A DNA stretch of 64,000 nt from an uncultured Gammaproteobacteria bacterium (GTDB lineage Bacteria; Patescibacteriota; Microgenomatia; JAUYPR01), in assembly GCA_964372495.1 (NCBI GenBank), contig CAYJQU010000001.1:2935-66934 (forward strand), in the 5' to 3' direction. The position numbers were made by a program, and so were the translations under genes. Of this stretch, positions 10,159-19,328 are shown piece after piece. Each line of letters begins with the position of its first letter. Position 1 is the stretch's first letter. The notes under the pieces are model-generated. The model saw only the letters and a list, made by a program, of their open reading frames with translations, ran no database searches and was not told where the DNA came from.

Positions 10159-11423
10159 AACGTGTAGTTCTTATTGCGATAGTCGTAAGCGGGGCTGCCT
10201 TACGATTGCTCTGGCTTGACTCTTTGCCAGCGGTGGTGACTAACCACGAAGCTACGGTGGCTGTACATGCCTGGAGAGGGAATTTCCGATTATGGTGGGT
10301 AGGAGAAGAGATCGTTTCGCCGGTCCCATGGTTGCTTGCGACCGCCTCTCTTAAGCTATTTGGCTTGTCAACTTTTGCCTTGCGTTTGCCTATAGCGTTA
10401 GCGGGCATATTGTCCGTATATCTCCTGTATCGTCTTGCTCGGCGGTGGTTTAACGAAAACGGAGCGCTCGTTGCAGCAGCAATACTTGCTTTAGCACCAT
10501 GGCATGTGCATCTGTCACGGTTTTTTATCGAAGAGGTAATATTGCTTGCAGCAGTGCTTGCCCTGCTGGTGGGAGTAGCAGAACGGCGTATGTGGGCAAC
10601 GAGCATCGCCGTAGTAGCGGTTATTTTTTCATCATGGCACTGGCTGGATAGACTCCGTGTGGCGATGGTTGATGGTGTTGCTTTGTGGTTTCTCAACATT
10701 TTCAAATACCTTTCATTCGACTGGCTCTTCTTTAGGGGTGATAAATATGTTTTACACGGAATTGGCGATTTAGGGCAGTTGTATACGCTCCTTATTCCGT
10801 TTTTCCTTATTGGCTTATTTGTCTGCTGGGAACGGAAGATAGGAAGGGTAGTATTGCTACTTACGGCAGTGTTTGTTGCAGCTGCCTCGCTTTCACGCTT
10901 TTCTCCAGAGGCACGAGCATCGCTGCTTGCAGCACCATGGATAATGCTCATTATTGGGACTGGCGCTGATAGGAGTGTCTCGTGGACCCGAAAGAAACTG
11001 CCCCGCGTATTTCCTCTCATTGCTCTTGTATTCGGTGCTGTAGCCTTGTACCAAGTTATTTCCTATGTACACTTCTATACAGTTCATTTTGGCAAGCGCT
11101 CGGGATCGGAGTGGTCTTTCGTGTATAAGCAGGTAGCGCCCTTTGTAGCAGGAGTGTACGACCAGTATGATCAAATTGTTGTGTCCAGTCACTACGGGGC
11201 TGCAGCAGAGCAAATGATGTTCCATGCACCCGGCGATTCACCAATTAAAAGTGGGGAAGCTGTCAAAATACACTATGGCACACCGGAGAAACTTGATGCT
11301 ATAGGGCCGAACACCTTGCTGGTCCTTGAACAGCATCTTAAGCCAGGTAATGCGGTGAAACTGAAGGAGTTTAGGCTCGCAAACGACATCACCGCCATGG
11401 TGGCATGGGAGACGCAGCGTTAG
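10155..11423 (+). CDS. Divergent, short PMT_2/ArnT-like GT-C membrane protein (catalytic DE motif degenerate)
   Basis: 422 aa. Retains APWHVHLSR, but the loop motif reads VTNHEATVAVHAW instead of DE..GYNAYS. ATGA overlap. Confidence 0.6.
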   Translation: MKRVVLIAIVVSGAALRLLWLDSLPAVVTNHEATVAVHAWRGNFRLWWVGEEIVSPVPWLLATASLKLFGLSTFALRLPIALAGILSVYLLYRLARRWFNENGALVAAAILALAPWHVHLSRFFIEEVILLAAVLALLVGVAERRMWATSIAVVAVIFSSWHWLDRLRVAMVDGVALWFLNIFKYLSFDWLFFRGDKYVLHGIGDLGQLYTLLIPFFLIGLFVCWERKIGRVVLLLTAVFVAAASLSRFSPEARASLLAAPWIMLIIGTGADRSVSWTRKKLPRVFPLIALVFGAVALYQVISYVHFYTVHFGKRSGSEWSFVYKQVAPFVAGVYDQYDQIVVSSHYGAAAEQMMFHAPGDSPIKSGEAVKIHYGTPEKLDAIGPNTLLVLEQHLKPGNAVKLKEFRLANDITAMVAWETQR

Positions 11424-11425
11424 GC

Positions 11426-11899
11426 ATGCAGAACAACGATTGTATTTTTTGTCGAATCGTATCGGGCGAGGCTCCGGCTCACATTGTATGGGAGGATGAG
11501 AAGCATCTTGCGTTCCTCTCAATATTTCCAAATACGGAGGGCTTCTCAGTAGTTGTTACAAAGCAGCACTATCCAAGTTACGCGTTTGATCTGCGTGATG
11601 AAATTCTGTGTGGTCTGATTGTTGCAGCTGGGAGGGTCGGAAAATTGCTAGACGCAAGTTTCGAAGATGTGGGACGCACCGGCCTTATTTTTGAGGGCTT
11701 CGGTGTTGATCACGTCCACGCAAAACTGTTCCCGATGCATGGAACTGAGCTATCTTCCTGGAAACCGCTCAAGTCAAGTGTTAATAAATACTTTGATCGA
11801 TATGAAGGATACATCTCTTCCCACGACTGCAAGCGGGCTGATGATCAGAAACTTGCAAACCTCGCACGCAAGATTCGGGAGAAGAACCAACTAAAATGA
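11426..11899 (+). CDS. HIT (histidine triad) family nucleotide hydrolase/transferase
   Basis: MQNNDCIFCRIVSGE... and the HIT motif GFGVDHVHAKLFP. The ATG lies 2 nt after the upstream stop. Confidence 0.75.
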   Translation: MQNNDCIFCRIVSGEAPAHIVWEDEKHLAFLSIFPNTEGFSVVVTKQHYPSYAFDLRDEILCGLIVAAGRVGKLLDASFEDVGRTGLIFEGFGVDHVHAKLFPMHGTELSSWKPLKSSVNKYFDRYEGYISSHDCKRADDQKLANLARKIREKNQLK

Positions 11900-11991
11900 T
11901 TCAAATCAATTAAGCAGATTCATGTGATACATATTGTTTGTTACTAGTGAGCTGAGTGATGTTGTAGGGTGTGGTAAAGTACGAGGACCAC

Positions 11992-14418
11992 ATGGCTCGG
12001 GAACGTGATGCACTCTGGATTTTCGGATTAATCTTCCTCGTAATCCTTTTCTTCTGGCCGGTGTTTCTGCAGGGCAATGTAGCTATGAATGGTAACAATC
12101 TGATGAGCTCCTTTGTGCCGTGGCGGTATGAAGAGCACCAGGGGCGAGCGGCCGCTCCATTTGCCAAGCCCGGCATGCTCGATCAATTGCGTTTGTATAT
12201 TCCGTACCTCACCTTTATGCAACGGGAGTTCCGGGCTGGCAGCATTCCCTTGTGGAATCCACACAATTTCTCAGGTACTCCTCTGGTGGCCGAGCTGCAA
12301 TCTGCTGTGTTTTACCCAACCAATATACTACTACTCTTTCTCTCGGTTCCTAACTACTGGAATACGCTTATTATACTCGGATACATCTTAGCGGTTATTT
12401 TTACCTATCTTTATGTCCGTTCGTTGAATCTTGGGCCACCGTTTGCCGCATTTTCTGCAGTGGTATTTGCGTTTTCAAGCTTTATGGTGGCGTGGAGCCA
12501 AGAGGTACTCATGGCAATACATTCGATTGCGTGGCTACCATTGCTTCTGCTTGCCACGGATAGATTCTTAGCGCGTCAGGACCGAAAGTGGTGGGCCGTA
12601 TTCGTTTTTGGATGTACAATGTCATTACTGTCCGGGTATCTCCAAACGAGCCTCTACGTGTTTCTATTTGTGTTCGCATATATGCTGTGGCGGTCTCGGC
12701 GTGGCGGCTTTCGGCTGGGCGTCTTACTCATGTTTGGGATGATGATAGCAGTAGTTGTCAATGCATTGCAGTTTTTACCTGCGCATGAGTTGTATGCACT
12801 TTCGTCACGTAAAATAGTTGATGTGCGTTCCATGTTATCGCACTATCTTCTACAAGTTCCCTGGCTTATCACGTACGTCTTCCCTGATTTTTTTGGACAT
12901 CCAACAACGAGAAATGAAACGCTGTCGTTTGTTGGGACATACTATGAACGTGCGCTCAGCATAGGCACGCTACCAGTTCTGCTTGCATTATTTGCTGTAG
13001 TAACCCGCAAAAAATCTAAGAATCCACGCATTGTTGGTTGGTATGGATTCCTCTGGTTGATTACCCTTTCGCTTTCTTTGCAACTGCCCCTATCGTATCT
13101 TCTTTTTCATCTCGATGTTCCATTCTTTGCAACAGGGATTAGCAACCGCATTCTCTTTTTATCAGCCTTTTGCGGCAGTGTCTTAGGGGCATACGGTCTG
13201 CATGCGGTAGCTAACCAGAAGAGCAAAGCTTTATGGATAACGTTACTTTTTATTCCCTTGTGCTTGGGGATATTCATATGGTGGTATTCTCCGACAACGG
13301 AGCTCCCTAGTATTCGTCGTGATTGGCTTCTTGTTGCAAGAAGGAATGTGATTGTACCAATAGGCCTTGTTATGATCGCGCTTGCCGCGACAGTTCTCTT
13401 TCGGAAACGCATTGGCGCTGCAGTAACTTTACTCTTAATACTGACTCTATTGCAGATCTATTACGGATTTGCCAAATTTATGCCGTTTGCCGACCGGCGG
13501 TATTTCTATCCAACTCACCCCGTGATTGAAGCAATTTTTCAACGTACTGCTTCTTCCTACGAGCGATTTTGGGGATATGGTGGATCGACTTTTGACTATC
13601 CCGGCGCATATATTGAGAATAACTTGGCTACCTCGTTTGGTATTTATGCTGCCGAAGGCTACGATTCTCTCCATGATCATCGGTATGGTCAGTTACTCTT
13701 TGCGGCCTCTAACGGGAGGGTACAAACCAATTTGTCTCGTTCAGATGCGGTGCTGGAACGAGCTCCTGATGTGAACCGTACCTTTACCGCACAAACGAAC
13801 CGTCTTCGCCTGCTTGAACTCCTGGGCGTACGATACATTATCGACCGCGATGAGGAGGCGCCCCGTGCCTCATATCAGGATCCAAAGCGATTTGATAGTA
13901 AAATGTTTGCTAAAGTGTGGCAAGAAGACCTGTGGCGCATCTTTGAGTTTCAGCGAGCCCTTCCACGGGCGTGGTTAGTAGGGAAGGTTTTTATAGCGAG
14001 CTCGGATCAGGAAGTTGTTGACAGGATTCTCGATACTTCGTTTGACCTGCGCAAAACAGTTGTGGTGCAAGAGCCGCTGACTGGAGATACGCTTGCGGAA
14101 TCTGCGGTAGGCAGTGCTCGCATAACTCAGTATCAATCCAGAAGAGTGGTGATCGAGACAGTTGCTGACGCAACCCAGCTTTTAGTGCTGACCGACACCT
14201 TTTTTCCGGGATGGAAAGCGCACGTGGACGGTTTGCAGGTCAAGATATATCGCACTAATTTTGCATTCCGCGGTGTTGTGGTGCCAGGAGGCACTCACAC
14301 GGTGGTTTTTTCTTATGAACCCGAGTCCTTTGAGCGAGGAAAAGAGTTTACTCTACTAGGTGTGGTACTTTTCGCCGTTACATATATCGGCTTACCGAAA
14401 ATAGAGAGAAAGAGATGA
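11992..14418 (+). CDS. YfhO-family polytopic membrane protein, paralog 2
   Basis: LWNPHNFSGTPLVAELQSAVFYP and the C-terminal TDTFFPGWKAHVDGLQV...VVFSYEP. The alternative GTG start at 11971 is possible. Confidence 0.8.
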   Translation: MARERDALWIFGLIFLVILFFWPVFLQGNVAMNGNNLMSSFVPWRYEEHQGRAAAPFAKPGMLDQLRLYIPYLTFMQREFRAGSIPLWNPHNFSGTPLVAELQSAVFYPTNILLLFLSVPNYWNTLIILGYILAVIFTYLYVRSLNLGPPFAAFSAVVFAFSSFMVAWSQEVLMAIHSIAWLPLLLLATDRFLARQDRKWWAVFVFGCTMSLLSGYLQTSLYVFLFVFAYMLWRSRRGGFRLGVLLMFGMMIAVVVNALQFLPAHELYALSSRKIVDVRSMLSHYLLQVPWLITYVFPDFFGHPTTRNETLSFVGTYYERALSIGTLPVLLALFAVVTRKKSKNPRIVGWYGFLWLITLSLSLQLPLSYLLFHLDVPFFATGISNRILFLSAFCGSVLGAYGLHAVANQKSKALWITLLFIPLCLGIFIWWYSPTTELPSIRRDWLLVARRNVIVPIGLVMIALAATVLFRKRIGAAVTLLLILTLLQIYYGFAKFMPFADRRYFYPTHPVIEAIFQRTASSYERFWGYGGSTFDYPGAYIENNLATSFGIYAAEGYDSLHDHRYGQLLFAASNGRVQTNLSRSDAVLERAPDVNRTFTAQTNRLRLLELLGVRYIIDRDEEAPRASYQDPKRFDSKMFAKVWQEDLWRIFEFQRALPRAWLVGKVFIASSDQEVVDRILDTSFDLRKTVVVQEPLTGDTLAESAVGSARITQYQSRRVVIETVADATQLLVLTDTFFPGWKAHVDGLQVKIYRTNFAFRGVVVPGGTHTVVFSYEPESFERGKEFTLLGVVLFAVTYIGLPKIERKR

Positions 14419-16787
14419 TGAGGAAACTGCTGCCATTTGTTGCTTTCGTTGTATATACGCTTATTCTTTTTCGTCCGCTTTTCTTGCAAGGAAAAGTACC
14501 CATGCCAGCAGACGCGCTCGTATCAGGATACTTTCCCTGGAACGCAAGTGGTTGGGAGGGAGCCCAATATGGAATACCCCGCGCTGAAATCATTGCGACC
14601 GACGTGTTCCGGCAACAACTTCCCTGGATAGATCTAACGGTGGCGGAATTAAGACAGGGAAGACTGCCGCTTTGGAATCCATATAATTTTACCGGAATGC
14701 CACTTATGGCAAATCTCCAGTCGCACGTGTGGTTTCCCTGGACGCTTGCATTTGTGCTCTTGCCGCTTACTACCGCATGGACGGCTTTTGTAGTGAGTGT
14801 TCCGATAGTTGGGATGATCGGTATGTACCTCTGGTTGCGAACACGTGCTCTGAGCAAGATTGCCTCGGTATTCGGCGGTATTGCGTTTTCTTCGATGAGT
14901 TTTATAGTACTTTGGCTTCCCTGGGGCTTTATTCCGTATGGCGCGGTACTCTTGCCGTGGATATTGTGGGCAAGCGAGCGAGTACTATCACGTAAACCAT
15001 ATGGTGCAACGATTCTATCAATATTTCTTACGCTGGAGTTGCTTAGCGGTTATATGCAAATTGTCATCTATACGCTGCTGTTTGTGTTGGCATATATCTT
15101 GTGGCGACTATGGCCACGTCTGACGTGGCCATGGCAGGTTCCATGGAAAGAACGATGGGGTTTCTTAGTGAAAGTTAGTTGTTGTGGTGTTGTAGCGCTC
15201 CTGCTTTCTGCCGTGCAGCTTGTCCCTTCGTTTGAAGCCTATCTGCTTTCTGCCAGAGAAGTTTCGGCCTCAACGGCGCTGTTTTACGACTATCTTCTTC
15301 CCCCAAAACATCTTATCACCGCCATTGCTCCTCATTTTTTTGGCAATCCCCAGACGTTTAATTTTTGGGGAGAGCAGCACCAGGAATACATGAGCTACAT
15401 CGGGATAGTTGCATTAATACTGGCTGTCTATCGCCTGATGAGCGCCTTCCGTGAGTCAACTGTGCGTTTTTTTGGTGCGGCGGCGCTGCTTGCACTACTT
15501 TTTGCAATGGTCGAACCGGTAGCATCGCTTCTGGTAGCCCTTAAGATTCCCATTCTTAGCTCTGGTATACCATCGCGTACTTTGTTTCTTGTTCAGACGA
15601 GTATGATTGTGCTTGCTGCCGAGGGGCTGGACGGTCTTAAAGCAGTGCGACGCACGCCCTTGTACGGTACAGTAGTAACTGTGAGCCTGGCATACTTCCT
15701 CGTTGCGCTCGGGGCGTATCTACTGCAAATGCGTGGCCGCCTGATTGCCGCAGATCTAGCACTCGGCCTGTCTAGCTTACGGCTGCCGTCTCTCATATTT
15801 TTACTAGCAGGCGGATTACTCGTTACGACCCTCTATAAACCGCGCTTTCGTTACGCGGTAGGCGTGCTACTTGTTGTTCTTGGGATATTTGAGTACGCAC
15901 GATTTTTTGGACAAAATGTGGCATTTTCGCAAAAGGAGCATGTGTATCCTCCCCATCCAGTTATTGAATGGTTGCAAGCGCGGCCAGGTCATTATCGCCA
16001 TTGGGGTTATGATGAAGCACGTTTTGATCACAACTTTGCAACGTACTACCGTCTCTTTTCTGCAGAGGGCTTCGATTCGCTGTATCCTAAGCGCTATGGA
16101 GAACTCCTCGCATCGGCGCGCAATGGGAGGGTGCCTGCCGAAATCCTTCGGTCCGATGCAGTGATTCCATGGGAGGACACAAAAGGAAGGCGACGATTAT
16201 TTGATTTACTGAGTATACGGTACGTCTTAGCTAGAACTGACCGCGGAGATACAAGTCTTGCTGTGAAATACAAAAGCTTAGGGCGACAGCCGCTCGCTCA
16301 GTTCGGCAACGCGCTGGTATATGAAAATGAGTCTGCCCTCCCACGAACGTATCTGGTCGCTCAGTTCCGGGTGGTGCCTGATCAAGAAGCAAGTATAAAG
16401 ACTCTCTTTGGCGAGGATTTTGATCCGAAGAGGGAAATTGTTCTTGCCAAACGCCCGTCGATCGCAGTTGATTCCGGAAGTGCGAGCGGTTCGGCAAGTA
16501 TTCTCCGATATGAACCTGGAGTGGTAGAAATTAAAGCGAATGCACCTGGCCCATCGCTTCTGGTTTTGAACGACCAATACTATCCAGGCTGGAAAGCGTA
16601 TGTTGATGAAATGGAGCAAGAAATTCTCAGGGCAAACGAGGTATTTCGAGCAGTTGCACTTTCGGCCGGGCAACATGCGGTAGTGTTTCGATATGATCCG
16701 CCCAGTGTGCGTATTGGCTTGGCTGTAAGCATGGTCGGCATCGTACTTCTTGCTGGTGTTGCGCTGGCTGATCGCAGGCATGTCTAA
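14415..16787 (+). CDS. YfhO-family polytopic membrane protein, paralog 3
   Basis: 790 aa. LWNPYNFTGMPLMANLQSHVWFP and the C-terminal NDQYYPGWKAYVDEME...VVFRYDP. ATGA overlap. Confidence 0.8.
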   Translation: MMRKLLPFVAFVVYTLILFRPLFLQGKVPMPADALVSGYFPWNASGWEGAQYGIPRAEIIATDVFRQQLPWIDLTVAELRQGRLPLWNPYNFTGMPLMANLQSHVWFPWTLAFVLLPLTTAWTAFVVSVPIVGMIGMYLWLRTRALSKIASVFGGIAFSSMSFIVLWLPWGFIPYGAVLLPWILWASERVLSRKPYGATILSIFLTLELLSGYMQIVIYTLLFVLAYILWRLWPRLTWPWQVPWKERWGFLVKVSCCGVVALLLSAVQLVPSFEAYLLSAREVSASTALFYDYLLPPKHLITAIAPHFFGNPQTFNFWGEQHQEYMSYIGIVALILAVYRLMSAFRESTVRFFGAAALLALLFAMVEPVASLLVALKIPILSSGIPSRTLFLVQTSMIVLAAEGLDGLKAVRRTPLYGTVVTVSLAYFLVALGAYLLQMRGRLIAADLALGLSSLRLPSLIFLLAGGLLVTTLYKPRFRYAVGVLLVVLGIFEYARFFGQNVAFSQKEHVYPPHPVIEWLQARPGHYRHWGYDEARFDHNFATYYRLFSAEGFDSLYPKRYGELLASARNGRVPAEILRSDAVIPWEDTKGRRRLFDLLSIRYVLARTDRGDTSLAVKYKSLGRQPLAQFGNALVYENESALPRTYLVAQFRVVPDQEASIKTLFGEDFDPKREIVLAKRPSIAVDSGSASGSASILRYEPGVVEIKANAPGPSLLVLNDQYYPGWKAYVDEMEQEILRANEVFRAVALSAGQHAVVFRYDPPSVRIGLAVSMVGIVLLAGVALADRRHV

Positions 16788-19260
16788 CCTACTATCCGAA
16801 AAAGTCCTTCCGGTTATTGCCTTCGTTGCTACGTTTCTTCTATTTTTTTACCCTATTCTTTTTGGCAACGTAGCCTTTAACGGTCCTGCTCTTGTTTCGC
16901 TATATACCCCGTTTATGTTTGAGGAGTATGAGGGGTACCCTGCTGGGGTGCCGAGTATGCAGGGGATGAGCGATCAAATTAAGCTGTACGTTCCGTACCT
17001 GCGATTTACGCGTGACCAGTGGCGCGCTGGGCAGATACCATTATGGAACCCTCATAACTTCTCCGGCACGCCGCACCTTGCAGAATGGCAGTCAGCGGTG
17101 TTCTATCCGCTCATACTACTCGGCTCAGCAATTTCTCTTGTGAACATGTGGCATGTATTAGTCATAACCGGTTTTGTGTTCTGCAGCGTTTTTACCTACT
17201 GGTATCTTCGGACACTTACGCTGTCTCGATTCTCCTCGTTTATTGGTGCACTCTCCTTTGGTGCTGGTTCTGTGGTGGTGCGATGGTCGCAGGAGATTGT
17301 TATGGCTCCACACGCGGTTGCGATGTTACCGCTGTTGCTTATCGGCATAGACAAGTGGATCAAGACAAGACAGTTTCGGTGGTGGCTATTGGGGCTGCTT
17401 GCAGCAACTAACGCACTGCTTTCTGGTTACTTGCAAGTTGCACTGTATGTATTCACTGCGAGCGTTGTCTATCTTGGCTATCGACTGTGGTCATGCGAGG
17501 GTAAGTGGTTGAGAGGTTTGCAGTGGCTGGTAGTGTATGTATGCGCCATAGGCCTCACTGCATGGCAAGTATTGCCTGGCTTCGAGCTGTTTTTGGAGTC
17601 TTCGCGACGTGTGGTTGATATACGATCGCTCCTTTCCCAGTATCTGCTTTCCTGGCAGTTTCTTGTGAATATTCTCATTCCAGATTTTTTTGGTCATCCA
17701 TTGACTCAGAATGAGTACGGATTTGAGATCGGATCGTTCTATGAACGGCCGTTATGGGTCGGCACGCTATCAGTCATAGGGATCGTCATATGGTGGGTGC
17801 ATAGACGGAACATAGGTAGCGATCCTGTGTTTTGGATTGTAGTCGGTTTGCTGTCGCTCAGTATAGTGTTTGCGTTACCAACCTCACGCTTGTTTTATAT
17901 GACCAGGACGCCGTTTTTCTCTGATGCCATCCCTCATAGAATATTGTTTTTACCGTCATTCGCATGGGTGGTTGTTGGGGGAATGGGGCTTGATTGGTGG
18001 TTAAAGCACACTTCTGTTCGAACAATACTTAAAACATCCCTTGTATTCTTTGTATTTTTCCTACTTGTTTTTTTGGTAGTACAGAGTGTGCGGCTGCTAG
18101 GTCTCTCGGTTGCGGATTGGCCTGCATCGGCGGTGTGGACACAGGTTGCACTGCGCAACAGCGTTTTGCCACTACTATTTTTCGCTACGTTCGTGTCTCT
18201 GCTTTTGATTTGGGCGATTGCCGGATGGGTTGCAACGTTACGTCTTCTCGTGCCCACGCTCGTGTTTGGTACTAGAGTGAGAAAAGTGGCGCTTTTCTTG
18301 ATTGCAACGTTTGTTATTTTTGAGCTATGGCTATCGTTTCGAAAATTTACTGTATTTTCGCCGCCTCAGTTTTTCTACCCCAATCCGCTCTTTGTATGGT
18401 TGCAGCAAAATGCTGGCATCGAGCGATTTTGGGGGTATGGGGACGCGTTCGTACCGAACAATCTTGCAACGTATTATGGCCTGTATACCCCGGAAGGATA
18501 CGACTCGCTCAATTCGCATCGATATGCACAACTGCTCCTCAGCATGGAGACGGGGCGGCTTGATAGGCCGGTGTCTCGGTCTGACGCCGGTATGTTGCGA
18601 GCCCCGGATGGTCTTTATGCACTACACGAGCACCCAAGGAGGCTGCGGCTCATGGGAATGCTGAATGTTCGGTACTTTCTTGATAAAGAAGGGGAGATAA
18701 AAACATCTCCGTTTAACGAAAAGAATCGATTTCAGAGTACCGATTTCGAGCTAGCCTGGACGGATGGAAAGTGGAGAATTTTTCGTTTCCCTGGTGCGTA
18801 CCCGCGTGCGTATATGGTTTCTCACTTTGTTGTTGAGAAAGACGACCAAGCTATACTTGATCGATTGTACGATCCATCATTCTCTCCAAGAGATACTGTG
18901 GTGCTGGAAGAAGAACCTCCTGGACATTTGCAGCCTGACATACAAGCAACAGGTAGAGTGGAAATTTTACGTTATACACCGGATGAAGTTATTGTCAGCA
19001 CAAGCTCAAGCGGCAGACAGTTGTTGCTGCTTGCGGACAATTTTTTCCCTGGATGGGTTTCGAAGGTAGATGGGGCTGAGACACCAATGTACCGCGCAAA
19101 CTTTACCTTTCGAGCAGTGTCAGTACCAGCGGGGGAGCATCAAGTCGTGTTTCGGTATGAACCGCAGCCGTTCCGGAATGGGCTCTATATCTCAGGGGCC
19201 ACGCTACTGTTCGTAGGTATTCTCGGCGTTTCCCACCTCCGTCGCCGACCTATGCGTTGA
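16780..19260 (+). CDS. YfhO-family polytopic membrane protein, paralog 4
   Basis: LWNPHNFSGTPHLAEWQSAVFYP and the C-terminal ADNFFPGWVSKVDGAE...VVFRYEP. The internal ATG at 16780 overlaps the upstream stop by 8 nt. Confidence 0.8.
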   Translation: MSNLLSEKVLPVIAFVATFLLFFYPILFGNVAFNGPALVSLYTPFMFEEYEGYPAGVPSMQGMSDQIKLYVPYLRFTRDQWRAGQIPLWNPHNFSGTPHLAEWQSAVFYPLILLGSAISLVNMWHVLVITGFVFCSVFTYWYLRTLTLSRFSSFIGALSFGAGSVVVRWSQEIVMAPHAVAMLPLLLIGIDKWIKTRQFRWWLLGLLAATNALLSGYLQVALYVFTASVVYLGYRLWSCEGKWLRGLQWLVVYVCAIGLTAWQVLPGFELFLESSRRVVDIRSLLSQYLLSWQFLVNILIPDFFGHPLTQNEYGFEIGSFYERPLWVGTLSVIGIVIWWVHRRNIGSDPVFWIVVGLLSLSIVFALPTSRLFYMTRTPFFSDAIPHRILFLPSFAWVVVGGMGLDWWLKHTSVRTILKTSLVFFVFFLLVFLVVQSVRLLGLSVADWPASAVWTQVALRNSVLPLLFFATFVSLLLIWAIAGWVATLRLLVPTLVFGTRVRKVALFLIATFVIFELWLSFRKFTVFSPPQFFYPNPLFVWLQQNAGIERFWGYGDAFVPNNLATYYGLYTPEGYDSLNSHRYAQLLLSMETGRLDRPVSRSDAGMLRAPDGLYALHEHPRRLRLMGMLNVRYFLDKEGEIKTSPFNEKNRFQSTDFELAWTDGKWRIFRFPGAYPRAYMVSHFVVEKDDQAILDRLYDPSFSPRDTVVLEEEPPGHLQPDIQATGRVEILRYTPDEVIVSTSSSGRQLLLLADNFFPGWVSKVDGAETPMYRANFTFRAVSVPAGEHQVVFRYEPQPFRNGLYISGATLLFVGILGVSHLRRRPMR

Positions 19261-19328
19261 GATATTTTCCTGACTCTACTCTCATCGCCAAAAGTTTGCA
19301 ATAGCAAAGTCTTGTCGAACTTATTCTC

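Noticed and set aside
10136-11020. 294-aa ORF on the minus strand, antisense to the 10155 GT-C gene
   Set aside because: It is S/T/A-rich and low-complexity, has no TM or domain signal, and fully overlaps a + gene that fits the operon. It is most likely a spurious antisense ORF.
11900-11991. Possible sigma70-like promoter (TTGTTT...TACTAGT) upstream of the YfhO triplet
   Set aside because: The spacing and hexamer matches are poor. The upstream gene may read through. I cannot support this from sequence alone.
19261-19328. Possible terminator hairpin TTTGC-AATA-GCAAA between the convergent 19260 and 19329 gene ends
   Set aside because: It has only a 5-bp stem with no following U-tract. That is too weak to call.
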